The position numbers were made by a program, and so were the translations under genes. From an uncultured candidatus Brocadiaceae bacterium (lineage in GTDB: Bacteria > Planctomycetota > UBA1135 > UBA2386), in assembly GCA_964418595.1 (NCBI GenBank), contig CAYQMF010000002.1, positions 41,723 to 105,722 of the forward strand: a DNA stretch of 64,000 nt. Direction: 5' to 3'. Position 1 is the stretch's first letter, and each line of letters starts with the position of its first letter. The notes below the pieces were generated by a model. The model saw only the letters and a list, made by a program, of their open reading frames with translations. It was not told the origin of the DNA and made no database searches. Positions 49,025 to 58,576 of this stretch are shown here, in pieces.

Positions 49025-51499
49025 TCATCCGTGCAGCGGATCCTCCGGCCAGGCATGGCGAGGGTAACGACGACGCAGTTCGCTGCGGACCTTGGGGTAG
49101 ATGTTGGCCCAGAAGCTCGCCAGGTCGCGGGTCACCTGCACCGGCCGGTGGTTCGGCGCCAACAGTTGCAGGCAGACCGGCACGCGACCCTGCGCGATGC
49201 GCGGCGTGTCGGCCAGACCGAAGAAGTCCTGCAGGCGCGACGCAACCGTCGGCCCCTGTTCCCGGTCGTACTGCACGCTCGCCGTCCGACCCGACGGCAG
49301 GCGCAGCCGCGCCGGCGCGAGTTCGTTCACACGTCCTCGCAGACCACCGGGCAATCCGGCCACCAACACGGCCAGCACGTCAGCCTCCTTCAGGTCCCGA
49401 ACCGCGCGCAGCCCGGCGCACAAGCTTGCCGCCGCATCCGCCACCACCCTGTCGTCCAGTTCGGGTACGCCGAGGTCGGGCACGGCCTCGCGCAGCCAAC
49501 GCATGCGCGCCAGGAAGCCCCGCAGCTCCTTGGCTTCGCCCAGGTGCGCCCACACGTCGGAACGTACGCGCTCCGCGAGCAGGTCGGAGAGCTGTCCGCG
49601 ATCCGGCTCGATGCGAACCTCCGCGAGGACCAGGTCGAGATAGCGCGTCTGCCGCGTGGCCTGCGCACGGCCCTGCGCGTCGAGCGCGACGGTCTCCACC
49701 TCGTCGACGCCGAGCGCGTCGAGCCACGCACGGTCCACGGCACAGAACGCGGTGACGTGGGCGCGCGCGCCCCGCTTCTCGAGCACCCGCAGCGCGACGA
49801 ACAACTCCGCCTCGGATGCCTGCGCGGATGCCGGCAACGACAGCCCTCGTCCGCCCACCATCACCGCCTCCGTGCTCACGTCACTCGCGCGTCGCGCCAC
49901 GCGATCGGGAAAGCCGGCGAGCACGGCCTGGCGGAGGCGGGTCTCCTCGGCATCGTCGGGCTCACGACGCGCTCGGCGACCGACCTGATCGGCGGCGCGG
50001 GCGATCGCGCGCGCCGCCTCGGCATCGACGCCGAGTGCCCGGCACAGGTCCGGCCGGAAGCGGGCCGTTTCGACCTCCGCGAACAACGCGCGCTGGGCCA
50101 GTACGTCGCTCGGTGGTTCCTGCAGCCCATCGCCGGCACGCCGGCGCAGCAGCTCGCGCTCCGCGAGCAAGGCGACGACCTCTGCCGCCACATCGACACA
50201 CCCCGCCGCACGCGCGGCAACCATGACCCTCGCCAGGCGCGGGTGCAGTGGCAGCAGGAGCATCGCCCGCCCCGTGGGCGTGATCCGTCCGCCACGATCG
50301 ACCGCACCGAGCAAGGCCAGCAGCTCCTCGGCGCGCGCCAACGCCGGCGCGTCCGGCGCCTCGAGCCAGTCGAACTCGCCAGCGCTCCGACCGGCGAACG
50401 CCCGGATCTCGAGGGCAGGCCCCGCCAGATCCACGCGCCGCACCTCCGGCGCCGTGAACGGGGCCATCGCCTGCTCCTCGGCGCGACTCCACAGCCGGTA
50501 GCAGCGCCCCGGCGCCGTGCGTCCGGCGCGTCCGCGCCGCTGGTCTGCGGAGGCGAGGCTGATGCGCTCGACGAACAACGTGTCGAGGCCGCGCCCCACG
50601 TCGTGCCTCAGCACGCGCGCGAACCCGCTGTCGACCACGGCGGTCACGCCGTCGATGGTGAGCGAGGTCTCGGCGACGTTGGTCGCCAGCACGATCTTGC
50701 GCCGGGTCGTGCGCGCCAGGGCCCGGTCCTGCGCATCGCCCTCCAACTGGCCGTGCAGGGGAATCAGTTCGCACCGCCGTCCCGCTCCATCGGCCAGAAG
50801 GTCCATCGCCGCCTCGATCTCGCCGACGCCCGGAAGGAACACGAGCACGTCCCCCGCCGTGTCCTCGAGCGCAGCACGGACGCCCTCGCGAACGCGGTCG
50901 GCGAGATCGCGCGCACCCGCAAACGCGCCGCCGCCGAGCCACGCCGTCTCGACCGGGTGCACGATCGCATCGACCGCGTGCTCCGCGCACGGCGCCAGGT
51001 ACCCGCGCAACGGGCCGACCTCGAGCGTCGCCGACATCACGACCAGCCGCAGGTCGGGTCGCACCGTCGCCCGCACTTCCTTCAACATCGCGAGCGCGAG
51101 GTCGCCTTCGACGTGGCGCTCGTGGAACTCGTCCAGCACGACGCAGCCGACCCCCGGCAGGGTCGGGTCGTCGACCAGTTGGCGCACGAGGATCCCCTCG
51201 GTGACGAACCGGATCCGCGTGCGTGCAGACAGCCGGCGTTCGTGGCGCACCTGGTAGCCGACCTCGTCGCCGACCGTCCCGCCGCGCAGGAAGGCCACCC
51301 GTCGCGCTGCCTCCCGCGCCGCGAGACGGCGCGGCTCGAGCACCACGACCTCGCCGTCCAGGCCCGCGTCGAGGAGCGCGCCCGGCACGAGCGTGGTCTT
51401 GCCGGTGCCCGGCGGTGCGGCCAGCAACAAGACGGAGGCGTCCTGCACCTTGCGCGCGATCGCGGCCAGATGCGCGGCAACGGGAAGCGCCGCGGTCAT
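49025..51499 (-). CDS. hrpB: ATP-dependent RNA helicase HrpB (DEAH-box)
   Basis: ORF trimmed to ATG 51499 (MTAALPVAAHL). Motifs: APPGTGKTT, VVLDEFHERH, MSATLE, VATNVAETSLTIDGV, QRRGRAGR. An HrpB-type C-terminal domain is present. Confidence 0.92.
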   Translation of the reverse strand: MTAALPVAAHLAAIARKVQDASVLLLAAPPGTGKTTLVPGALLDAGLDGEVVVLEPRRLAAREAARRVAFLRGGTVGDEVGYQVRHERRLSARTRIRFVTEGILVRQLVDDPTLPGVGCVVLDEFHERHVEGDLALAMLKEVRATVRPDLRLVVMSATLEVGPLRGYLAPCAEHAVDAIVHPVETAWLGGGAFAGARDLADRVREGVRAALEDTAGDVLVFLPGVGEIEAAMDLLADGAGRRCELIPLHGQLEGDAQDRALARTTRRKIVLATNVAETSLTIDGVTAVVDSGFARVLRHDVGRGLDTLFVERISLASADQRRGRAGRTAPGRCYRLWSRAEEQAMAPFTAPEVRRVDLAGPALEIRAFAGRSAGEFDWLEAPDAPALARAEELLALLGAVDRGGRITPTGRAMLLLPLHPRLARVMVAARAAGCVDVAAEVVALLAERELLRRRAGDGLQEPPSDVLAQRALFAEVETARFRPDLCRALGVDAEAARAIARAADQVGRRARREPDDAEETRLRQAVLAGFPDRVARRASDVSTEAVMVGGRGLSLPASAQASEAELFVALRVLEKRGARAHVTAFCAVDRAWLDALGVDEVETVALDAQGRAQATRQTRYLDLVLAEVRIEPDRGQLSDLLAERVRSDVWAHLGEAKELRGFLARMRWLREAVPDLGVPELDDRVVADAAASLCAGLRAVRDLKEADVLAVLVAGLPGGLRGRVNELAPARLRLPSGRTASVQYDREQGPTVASRLQDFFGLADTPRIAQGRVPVCLQLLAPNHRPVQVTRDLASFWANIYPKVRSELRRRYPRHAWPEDPLHG

Positions 51500-51521
51500 C
51501 GCCGGGCCGCCCTGCGGCGGC

Positions 51522-52115
51522 TCACAAGCGCCGCCGCCCCTCCACGGCATCCATCAGCACGCTCTTCGCGACGTGCTGGATCGTCGCCCCCGCCGGCAGC
51601 CCACGCGCCAACCGGGTCACGGCCACGTCGAGCGGAGCCAGCCGCTCCGCGAGCAAGCGCGCGGTCGCCTCACCCTCGAGATCGGGGTTGGTCGCGAGGC
51701 ACACTTCCGTCGGCCGGGTCTCGCGCACGCGCGCGAGCAGTGGGCCGAGCGTGAGGTCCTCGACATCGATCCCTTCCGTGCCCGACACGCGTCCCTGCAG
51801 CACGTGGAACAGGCCGCGATAGCCGGCGAGGTCGAACGCGGCGATGTCGCGCGGATCCTCGACCACCATCACGATGCTGCGGTCGCGACCCGGATCGGAG
51901 CAGATCGAACACGGGTCGGCCTCGTCGAGGTTGAAGCACGCGCGGCAGACCCGGGTCGCCGCGCGGGCATCGGTGATCGCTCGCGCCAGCATCGCCGCCT
52001 CCTCCGCCGGCGCACCGAGCAGGTGGTAGGTCAGCCGCTCGGAGGTCTTGACGCCGATCCCCGGCAGGCGCGCGAGGCACTGCATCAGATGCTCCACCGT
52101 GCGCGGGCGGTTCAT
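51522..52115 (-). CDS. recR: Recombination protein RecR
   Basis: LARLPGIGVKTSERLTYHLL (HhH), a C4 zinc finger CRACFNL..CSICSD, and a Toprim-like region IVMVVEDPRD. Confidence 0.95.
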   Translation of the reverse strand: MNRPRTVEHLMQCLARLPGIGVKTSERLTYHLLGAPAEEAAMLARAITDARAATRVCRACFNLDEADPCSICSDPGRDRSIVMVVEDPRDIAAFDLAGYRGLFHVLQGRVSGTEGIDVEDLTLGPLLARVRETRPTEVCLATNPDLEGEATARLLAERLAPLDVAVTRLARGLPAGATIQHVAKSVLMDAVEGRRRL

Positions 52116-52147
52116 CGATGGCTGGCGGCGCTGCGCACGCGCCTCCG

Positions 52148-52477
52148 TCAGAAGCCCATGCCGGGCAGGCTCATGCCGCCGGTGATCTTGGCCATCTCCT
52201 TCTCCTTGAGCTGCCGCGCCGCGGTCAGTGCCTGGCGCACGGCTCCCTCCACCAGCGCCTCGAGGCCTTCGACATCGTCGGGATCCACCGCTTCCCTGGC
52301 GATCGAGATGCCCTTCACCTCCAGCTTGCCGCTGATGAAGACCTTGACGGCACCGCCACCGGCCGTGCCTTCGACGACCCGCTCCCCGAGCTCGCGCTCG
52401 ACGTCGGCCATCCGCTTCTGCATCAACTGCGCCTGCTTCAGCAGGCTGCCCATGTCGCCCATTCCGCCGCCAGCCAT
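52148..52477 (-). CDS. ybaB: Nucleoid-associated protein YbaB/EbfC
   Basis: MGSLLKQAQLMQKRMADVERELGERVVEGTAGGGAVKV is canonical YbaB. It lies between dnaX and recR. Confidence 0.95.
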   Translation of the reverse strand: MAGGGMGDMGSLLKQAQLMQKRMADVERELGERVVEGTAGGGAVKVFISGKLEVKGISIAREAVDPDDVEGLEALVEGAVRQALTAARQLKEKEMAKITGGMSLPGMGF

Positions 52478-52513
52478 CGTGGTGTTCCTGTGGATCGAGT
52501 CGTTGCCGGGTTG

Positions 52514-54163
52514 CTAGGGGTTGGCAGGATCCTCGGAGTCGAGGATCCGACCGTCAAACCTTTTGGCCACGCGACGCACGGACTCAGGGACCTCCGCGGC
52601 AGGCGCGGTCGGACTCGGGGGCGCCACGGTCGACGTCGGCGCCGCGGACGAGGCAAGTGCCGCGGCGTCGACCACCGCCACGCGAACGTCCCGGCCGAGG
52701 ATCTCCGCGAGGCCTTGCCGGAACACTTGCTGCACAGCGTCGCTCATCAGCCGATCGCGGTGGAGTTTCTTGTCGGTGACGAATCGGATGCGCACCACCT
52801 TGCCGCCATCGAGTTCCTCGAGCTGGCAGAAGGCGAGCGTCATGACGAGCTTGGGGTCGCGTCGCTCCATCCACGCCCGCAGCCGGGAGAGCAGGTCACC
52901 ACCACCCGTCGGCGGCAGCCCCGCTCCGACCGCGACCGGCGCGCCGGCACCGATCCCCGACCCCTGCGGCACTCCCGCCGGCGCCAGCCGCATGGCCGGC
53001 AGCGGCGTCCCCGCGGCGATGGCGTTGGCGAGGTCGGCCAGCAGCGGCAGCCGCCCGGCCTGCGCCATCCGCACCAGCGACACTTCGAGGACGAGGCGGC
53101 GATCCTCGAGGTCGCGCATGCGCTCACGGCCGATCAGACCGGCCTGGATCATCGCGTCGAGGCGCTCGAGGCCGGCGTCCTTCGCCGCTGCGAGCAGACC
53201 GGCACGATCGCCGTCGTACGAGACCAGGACGGAGTCGACGCCGTCGACGAGGAGCAGGAGTTGCGCACGCAGGACGTCGAGCACCTCGCCCAACACCTCG
53301 CGCTCGTCTCCGCCCTGGGCGGCGACGTCCGCGGCAAACGCCAGCGCCGGTCCCGCTTCGCCGACGCAGAGCCGCAGGACGACTTCCCGCGCGCGTTCGA
53401 ATCCCACCCGGTGGAAGAGCTGCCGGAAGGCGTCGATCCCGAACGCCTCCGTCTGATCGCGCGCCACGGCGAGCACGCGCTCGAGCGCGGTCTCGGCATC
53501 ACGCATGCCGCCGCGACTCGCGCGCGCGATCTCGGCGAGTACGTCGGCGTCGACTCGCACGCCGTCGGCAGCGCAGATGCGCGCGAGGCGTTCGACCATG
53601 TCCGGTTCCCCCACCTGCGCGAAGCGCAGGACCTGGCAACGCGAACGGATCGTGTCGGGGACCTTGTTCAGCTCCGTCGTGGCCATCACGAACACGACGT
53701 TCGGCGGCGGCTCCTCCAGCGTCTTCAGGAACGCGTTGAACGCGCCCCTGGAGAGCATGTGCACCTCGTCGAAGAGGAACACCTTGTAGCGGGAGCCCAT
53801 GGTCGCGATGCCCACGTGCTCGCGCAACTCGCGGATGTTGTCGACGCCGTTGTGCGACGCGGCGTCGATCTCGACGAAATCGGCGTTGCGATCCTCGAGG
53901 ATGCTGCGGCACGGATCGCAGGTCCCGCAGGGATCGGCGGTGGGCCCCTTGGCGCAGTTGAGGCAGCGCGCGAGGATGCGCGCGAGCGTGGTCTTGCCCA
54001 CGCCGCGGCCGCCGGCGAAGAGGAACGCGTGCGGGATGCGGCCCGACGTCAGCGCCTTGCGGAGCGAACCGAGGATCTCGCCCTGGCCGACGACCTCGGC
54101 GAAGGACTTCGGCCGGAAACGCCGGGCGATCACCTGGTACGGCGTGCGGCTCGGCTCAGCCAT
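52514..54163 (-). CDS. dnaX: DNA polymerase III subunit gamma/tau
   Basis: ORF 52514..54262 trimmed to ATG 54163 (MAEPSRTPYQVIARRFRPKSFAEVVGQ). Motifs: GGRGVGKTTLARILA, a zinc module CGTCDPC, FLFDEVHMLS, SRCQVLRF. The upstream extension would overlap the SRP RNA. Confidence 0.93.
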   Translation of the reverse strand: MAEPSRTPYQVIARRFRPKSFAEVVGQGEILGSLRKALTSGRIPHAFLFAGGRGVGKTTLARILARCLNCAKGPTADPCGTCDPCRSILEDRNADFVEIDAASHNGVDNIRELREHVGIATMGSRYKVFLFDEVHMLSRGAFNAFLKTLEEPPPNVVFVMATTELNKVPDTIRSRCQVLRFAQVGEPDMVERLARICAADGVRVDADVLAEIARASRGGMRDAETALERVLAVARDQTEAFGIDAFRQLFHRVGFERAREVVLRLCVGEAGPALAFAADVAAQGGDEREVLGEVLDVLRAQLLLLVDGVDSVLVSYDGDRAGLLAAAKDAGLERLDAMIQAGLIGRERMRDLEDRRLVLEVSLVRMAQAGRLPLLADLANAIAAGTPLPAMRLAPAGVPQGSGIGAGAPVAVGAGLPPTGGGDLLSRLRAWMERRDPKLVMTLAFCQLEELDGGKVVRIRFVTDKKLHRDRLMSDAVQQVFRQGLAEILGRDVRVAVVDAAALASSAAPTSTVAPPSPTAPAAEVPESVRRVAKRFDGRILDSEDPANP

Positions 54164-54232
54164 GGCGGCCTCGCAGAAGGCGCGACGGTGCTGCTGGCGC
54201 GCGGCGTCGGGACGACGCGCGCGACGGTGAAA

Positions 54233-54345
54233 GGTGAGGGCCTGCAGGCACCCCGCGCACAAGAGGCTGCATGCTTATGGCTGCTCCGTTCCCGGCCTGA
54301 CCAGGTTCACATCGCCCCCTTGCACGGGACCCGCAGGCCCCCACC
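54233..54345 (-). ncRNA. ffs: Signal recognition particle RNA (small bacterial 4.5S type)
   Basis: The - strand reads ..CCUGGUCAGGCCGGGAACGGAGCAGCCAUAAG.., matching E. coli 4.5S domain IV CCAGGUCAGGUCCGGAAGGAAGCAGCCAAGG, including the GGAA tetraloop closed by CCG/CGG and the AGCAGCC loop. The 5' GGUGGGGGCCUGC pairs with the 3' GCAGGCCCUCACC. Synteny tadA-ffs-dnaX-ybaB-recR is the same as in Bacillus subtilis. The ends are approximate. Confidence 0.8.
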
Positions 54346-54420
54346 TTCCACCGCCGCGACGCCGGCCTCGGGGACCACGCCGTCCTCGTCGGAGCGGACG
54401 CGGGCCGAGGCGATCTCGAG

Positions 54421-54513
<93 letters not shown>

Positions 54514-54571
54514 ACGGGGATGATCACGGCAAAGAGCAAAGTAGGGCCGCCGTCGGACGGCGGCAACAAGA

Positions 54572-54661
54572 TGGCGGAGAGGGGGGGATTCGAACCCCCG
54601 ATCAGGTTGCCCTGATACTGGTTTTCGAAACCAGGCCATTCAGCCGCTCTGGCACCTCTCC
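54572..54661 (-). tRNA. tRNA-Ser (anticodon CGA), CCA encoded
   Basis: - strand GGAGAGGTGCCAGAGCGGCTGAATGGCCTGGTTTCGAAAACCAGTATCAGGGCAACCTGATCGGGGGTTCGAATCCCCCCCTCTCCGCCA. The anticodon stem is CTGGT/ACCAG with loop TTCGAAA, and there is a long variable arm. The acceptor and T arms are identical to the neighbouring tRNA-Ser. Confidence 0.9.
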
Positions 54662-54712
54662 GCGCAGAGGGGAACTTGGGAGGGCGGCATTCTGCAAAGC
54701 TCCGTCGGGTTG

Positions 54713-55174
54713 TCAACGCAGTCGCTTGAAGAACGTGACGAGCAGCCCCGAGCACGCAGCCGCGAACAAGCCCTCGTCGACGTCGCAGCGGTGGTTGAGC
54801 CGACGGTCGGTCGGCAGGTGGTAGAGCGAGCCGCAGGCACCGAACTTGGGGTCGCGGGCGCCGAACACGATCCGCCGCACGCGCGCGTGCAGCGCCGCGC
54901 CGGTGCACATGAGACAGGGCTCGAGCGTGCAGAACAGCTCCGCGTCGGGCAGCCGCCCGGCGCCGACCCGATCGAACGCCGCGGCCAGGGCCTCCATCTC
55001 GGCATGCGCCAGGGGGGAACCCCGCTCTTCGCACCGGTTGCCCGATGCCCCCACGATCTCGTCGCCCAGCACGACGACCGCGCCGACCGGGACCTCGCCG
55101 CGCGCGGCGGCGGCGCTCGCCAGGTCGAGGCACGCGCGCATGAAGCGTTCATCCTGTTGCCTTTTTTCGGCCAT
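54713..55174 (-). CDS. tadA: tRNA-specific adenosine deaminase TadA
   Basis: Zinc-binding deaminase motifs HAEMEAL and LEPCLMCTGAL are present, in a 153-aa protein. Confidence 0.93.
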   Translation of the reverse strand: MAEKRQQDERFMRACLDLASAAAARGEVPVGAVVVLGDEIVGASGNRCEERGSPLAHAEMEALAAAFDRVGAGRLPDAELFCTLEPCLMCTGAALHARVRRIVFGARDPKFGACGSLYHLPTDRRLNHRCDVDEGLFAAACSGLLVTFFKRLR

Positions 55175-55213
55175 GCCGTTCTTCTAGCCGCTTTCCGCAG
55201 CGGCGGTGAGCGG

Positions 55214-56218
55214 ATGAGCAAGCGAGACCTACTGTCAGCCCACGACCTCGGGCCGCACGAACTGGAGGACCTCCTCGAACTGGCGGGCCGGATGAAGCGG
55301 CGCGGCCCGGGCCAGCTCCTGGCCGGCCGCACCCTCGGCCTCCTCTTCTTCGACCGTAGCCTGCGCACGCGGGTGTCCTTCGACGTCGCGATGACGCAGC
55401 TCGGCGGCCACTGCATCAACATCTACGCGGACCGGGACATCTACGACCTGGAAGCGCAGGATGCGGCGGTCATGTCCGGGCTCGCCGAGGAGCACGTCAA
55501 GGACGCCGCGCGCACTCTCTCGCGCTACGTCTCGGCCCTGGGTGTGCGGCACCTGCCACGCGCGAGTACCTGGGAGGAGGCGCGCAAGGATGCGCTCCTG
55601 CGTGCGTACGCCCGGCACGCGTCGGTGCCCGTCATCAACCTGGAGAGCGGGCGCTCGCATCCGTGCCAGGCCATCGCCGACATGCTCACGATCCGTGAGC
55701 ACCTGGTGACCACGCGCAACCGCAAGCTCACGCTCACCTGGTCGTACGACCCCGAGCCGAAGAGCCTGGGAGCGAGCCACTCCGTGCTCACCTGCGCCGC
55801 CGCGATGGGACTCGACGTCACCCTCGCGCATCCGCTCGGGTTCGACCTCGATCCCGAGGTGGTCGACGTCGCGCGGCGCTCCGCGAGCGAGAGCGGCGGC
55901 AGCGTCCGCATCGTCAACGACATGGAGGAAGGCGTGCGCGGCGCGCACGTGCTCTACGCCCGCTCCTGGGGCTCCCTCAAGTACTGGGGCGACGAGGAGC
56001 GCGAGGCGATGGTGAAGCGATCGCTGGAGTCCTGGCGCGTCGATGCGCGCCTGATGAGCCTCACCAGCGACGCGATCTTCATGCACCCGCTGCCCGTGCG
56101 CCGCAATGTGGTCGCGACCGACGACGTCCTCGACGGCCGTCGCTCGGTGATCTACGACCAGGCCGAGAATCGCCTGCACGTGGCGAAGGCCCTGCTGGTA
56201 CACCTGCTCGGCGGCTGA
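55214..56218 (+). CDS. argF: Ornithine-type carbamoyltransferase, probably N-acetyl/N-succinyl-ornithine class (ArgF')
   Basis: ORF 54710..56218 trimmed to ATG 55214 (MSKRDLLSAHDLGPHELEDLLELA). Motifs are SLRTRVSF, HPCQAIADM and FMHPLPVRRNVVATDDV; the LPVRRN signature is, from memory, typical of the acyl-ornithine transcarbamylases. Confidence 0.75.
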   Translation: MSKRDLLSAHDLGPHELEDLLELAGRMKRRGPGQLLAGRTLGLLFFDRSLRTRVSFDVAMTQLGGHCINIYADRDIYDLEAQDAAVMSGLAEEHVKDAARTLSRYVSALGVRHLPRASTWEEARKDALLRAYARHASVPVINLESGRSHPCQAIADMLTIREHLVTTRNRKLTLTWSYDPEPKSLGASHSVLTCAAAMGLDVTLAHPLGFDLDPEVVDVARRSASESGGSVRIVNDMEEGVRGAHVLYARSWGSLKYWGDEEREAMVKRSLESWRVDARLMSLTSDAIFMHPLPVRRNVVATDDVLDGRRSVIYDQAENRLHVAKALLVHLLGG

Positions 56219-56238
56219 CGGTCATCCATCCCGATCCG

Positions 56239-57204
56239 TCACGCCTGATCGCCGCGGGCGAGGCCGGCCATCCCGGTCTGCAGATCGATTCGCGCGCGAA
56301 ACCCCAGCGCCCGCGCGGCAGGCTCGGGATCGCCCACCCACCCCGGGGCGGCGATCTCCCTGACCTTGTCCGGGTTGAAGAACGTGGGGCGTCGCGTGAG
56401 CCGAGCCCACGCCTGCATCAGCACCGCCGCGGCGCGGGCGAGGCCGATCGGCACCGGCATCAGACGCGCTCGACGCCCGTGCGCAGCGGCGATGGCTCGC
56501 AGGAGCGTGTGCGTATCCGTCGGCTCGGGCCCCACCACCGGCAGGCACAAGGCGTTCTCCGTCGGATTGCGCACGGCGGCGATGATCGCGGCGCAGACGT
56601 CGTCGACGTGCACGGCGGAAAGCGGGCGCGGCGCGCTGGGAGCCGCCGTCAGCCAGGCGCACGCCTGCGCGGTCAGAACCCGGGTCGCGGCGTCGCCCGG
56701 CCCGTAGACGACCCCTGGACGCAGCACGATCCATGCACGGCTGGTCCTCGCCGCGTCGGCGAGCACCGCGAGTTCCGCCTGCCGCTTGGACTCGCCATAC
56801 CGCGAGACGGGGCGGCACTGCGCCGGCAGGAGGTCGGTCCCCTCTCCGTCGCAACTCGGCCCCGCCGCAGCGAGCGAGGACACCATGACGATGCGCGCAG
56901 CCGGATCCGTGGATGCGAGCAGGAGCCGGGTGCCGCCGGCATTGGCCTCGAACAGGTCTGCATCGCATAGGGCGCGCGTCAGCGCGGCCAGGTGCACGAT
57001 GACGTCGGCACCCGCCGCCGCGCGTCCGAGCGCCTCGCCGTCGGCGAGGTCGCCGCTCACCAGCGTGTGTTCCGGCAGCCCCGTGGCCAGGGCGCGGCTC
57101 CGATCGCGGACGAGACACGCGAGATCACCGATGCCGGCCGCCAGGCACGCCTGCACGAGGCGGCGGCCGATGAATCCGGTGGCGCCCGTGATCATCACCC
57201 GCAA
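56239..57204 (-). CDS. NAD(P)-dependent epimerase/dehydratase-family SDR
   Basis: Rossmann motif MRVMITGATGFIGRRLV in a 321-aa protein. The start is TTG at 57204 or ATG at 57195. It is divergent from the SPT-like gene. Confidence 0.85.
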   Translation of the reverse strand: MRVMITGATGFIGRRLVQACLAAGIGDLACLVRDRSRALATGLPEHTLVSGDLADGEALGRAAAGADVIVHLAALTRALCDADLFEANAGGTRLLLASTDPAARIVMVSSLAAAGPSCDGEGTDLLPAQCRPVSRYGESKRQAELAVLADAARTSRAWIVLRPGVVYGPGDAATRVLTAQACAWLTAAPSAPRPLSAVHVDDVCAAIIAAVRNPTENALCLPVVGPEPTDTHTLLRAIAAAHGRRARLMPVPIGLARAAAVLMQAWARLTRRPTFFNPDKVREIAAPGWVGDPEPAARALGFRARIDLQTGMAGLARGDQA

Positions 57205-57327
57205 TGGGCAGCCACCTCCTCCACCTGCCTGGCCTCGTGCTTGTCCCGTGCGAGCCCCTTCCTAGAATCCGTGGCGCGAGCGCCACTCCACCGACGGACT
57301 GGACAACCTGCCGTACTCGATCGTTCC

Positions 57328-58563
57328 GTGGACCTGTTCCAGAAGTGCACTGGCTTCACGCGAGCTCGTGAGGTCGAAGCCAAGGGCTTCTACCCCTACT
57401 TCATCCCCATCGGCAAGAACCTGGGGACCGAAGTCGAGGTCGACGGCCGACGGCTGATCATGGCGGGGAGCAACAACTACCTCGGCCTCACCCACCACCC
57501 CCACGTCCTCGCGGCGGCGCACGACGCCATCGACCGGTTCGGGTCGTCGTGCAGCGGTTCGCGGTTCCTCAACGGCACCCTGGAGCTGCACGTCGAGCTG
57601 GAACGGCGGCTGGCGCGCTTCCTCGGCCGCGACGCCGCGCTCTGCTTCTCGACCGGCTTCCAGACCAACCTGGGGGTCCTGTCCTGCGTCGCGGGCAAGG
57701 GCGACGTGGTGTTCACCGATCGGGAGAACCACGCGTCGATCCTCGACGGCTGCCGGCTCGGCTTCGCCGACGTGCGTAAGTTCCGGCACAACGACCTCGA
57801 GGATCTCGAACAGCAGCTGCAGGCGGCGGCGCGCGACGCCACCCGCGGCCTCCTGGTCGCCGTCGACGGCGTGTACTCGATGATGGGCGACGTGGCCGAC
57901 CTGCGGGCGATCTGCGCCCTCGCCCGACGCTACGGCGCGCGAGTCCTGGTCGACGAGGCCCACGCCGTGGGTGTGCTCGGCGCCAACGGGCGCGGCACGG
58001 CCGAGGAGCTCGGCGTGGAAGGCGACGTCGATCTGATCGTGGGAACGTTCAGCAAGAGCTTCGCGAGCCTCGGTGGCTTCGTCGCCGGCGACGAACACGT
58101 GATCCACTTCATCAAGCACCACGCGCGCCCGCTGATCTTCTCGGCAGCGATCCACCCGGCCGCGGCGGCCGCCGCGCTCGCCGCGCTGGACGTGATGGAG
58201 CGCGAACCCGCCCTGCGCCGGAAGGTCCACGAGAACGCCGACCACGTGCGCGTCGCCCTGCAGCGCCTCGGCTTCGAGGTCGGCAGCGCGCGCACGCCGA
58301 TCGTGCCGATCCTGGTGCGGAATCAGGATCGGATGTTCCAGTTCTGGAAGGAGCTGTTCGACGCCGGCATCTTCACGAATCCGGTCACGACCCCAGGGGT
58401 GCCCCCGGGGATGGAGCTGATCCGGACGTCGTACATGGCGACCCACACGCGCGCCCACCTCGACACCGCGATCGAGGTGTTCCGTACCTGCGGCCGGAAC
58501 GTCGGCCTGATCCCCGCGGCGTCCCGCGCGGAGATGGCACGCGGCGAGGCCGGTCTCGGCTAG
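57328..58563 (+). CDS. PLP-dependent alpha-oxoamine synthase, serine palmitoyltransferase-like
   Basis: ORF 56992..58563; I propose a GTG start at 57328 (VDLFQKCTGFTRAREVEAKGFYPYF), with an alternative GTG at 57271. Motifs GSNNYLGLT, GSRFLNGT, DRENHASILDG, DEAHAVG and PLP-lysine context GTFSKSFASLGGFVAG are closer to SPT (GTFSKS..GGF) than to BioF or Kbl. Confidence 0.8.
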   Translation: MDLFQKCTGFTRAREVEAKGFYPYFIPIGKNLGTEVEVDGRRLIMAGSNNYLGLTHHPHVLAAAHDAIDRFGSSCSGSRFLNGTLELHVELERRLARFLGRDAALCFSTGFQTNLGVLSCVAGKGDVVFTDRENHASILDGCRLGFADVRKFRHNDLEDLEQQLQAAARDATRGLLVAVDGVYSMMGDVADLRAICALARRYGARVLVDEAHAVGVLGANGRGTAEELGVEGDVDLIVGTFSKSFASLGGFVAGDEHVIHFIKHHARPLIFSAAIHPAAAAAALAALDVMEREPALRRKVHENADHVRVALQRLGFEVGSARTPIVPILVRNQDRMFQFWKELFDAGIFTNPVTTPGVPPGMELIRTSYMATHTRAHLDTAIEVFRTCGRNVGLIPAASRAEMARGEAGLG

Positions 58564-58576
58564 CGGCGACACGCGC

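Noticed and set aside
47549-51754. The longest ORF in the track (1401 aa, + strand).
   Set aside because: It lies antisense to rpoN and hrpB, both of which carry unambiguous motifs (RpoN box; GTGKT/DEFHER/QRRGRAGR). Its translation is Arg/Ala/Gly/Pro-rich with no motifs, which is the typical shadow ORF of a high-GC genome.
52514-54163. A programmed frameshift or slippery site in dnaX (tau/gamma).
   Set aside because: I saw no A-rich heptamer or poly-A run in this GC-rich gene. This was judged by eye only, so it is not excluded, but nothing supports it.
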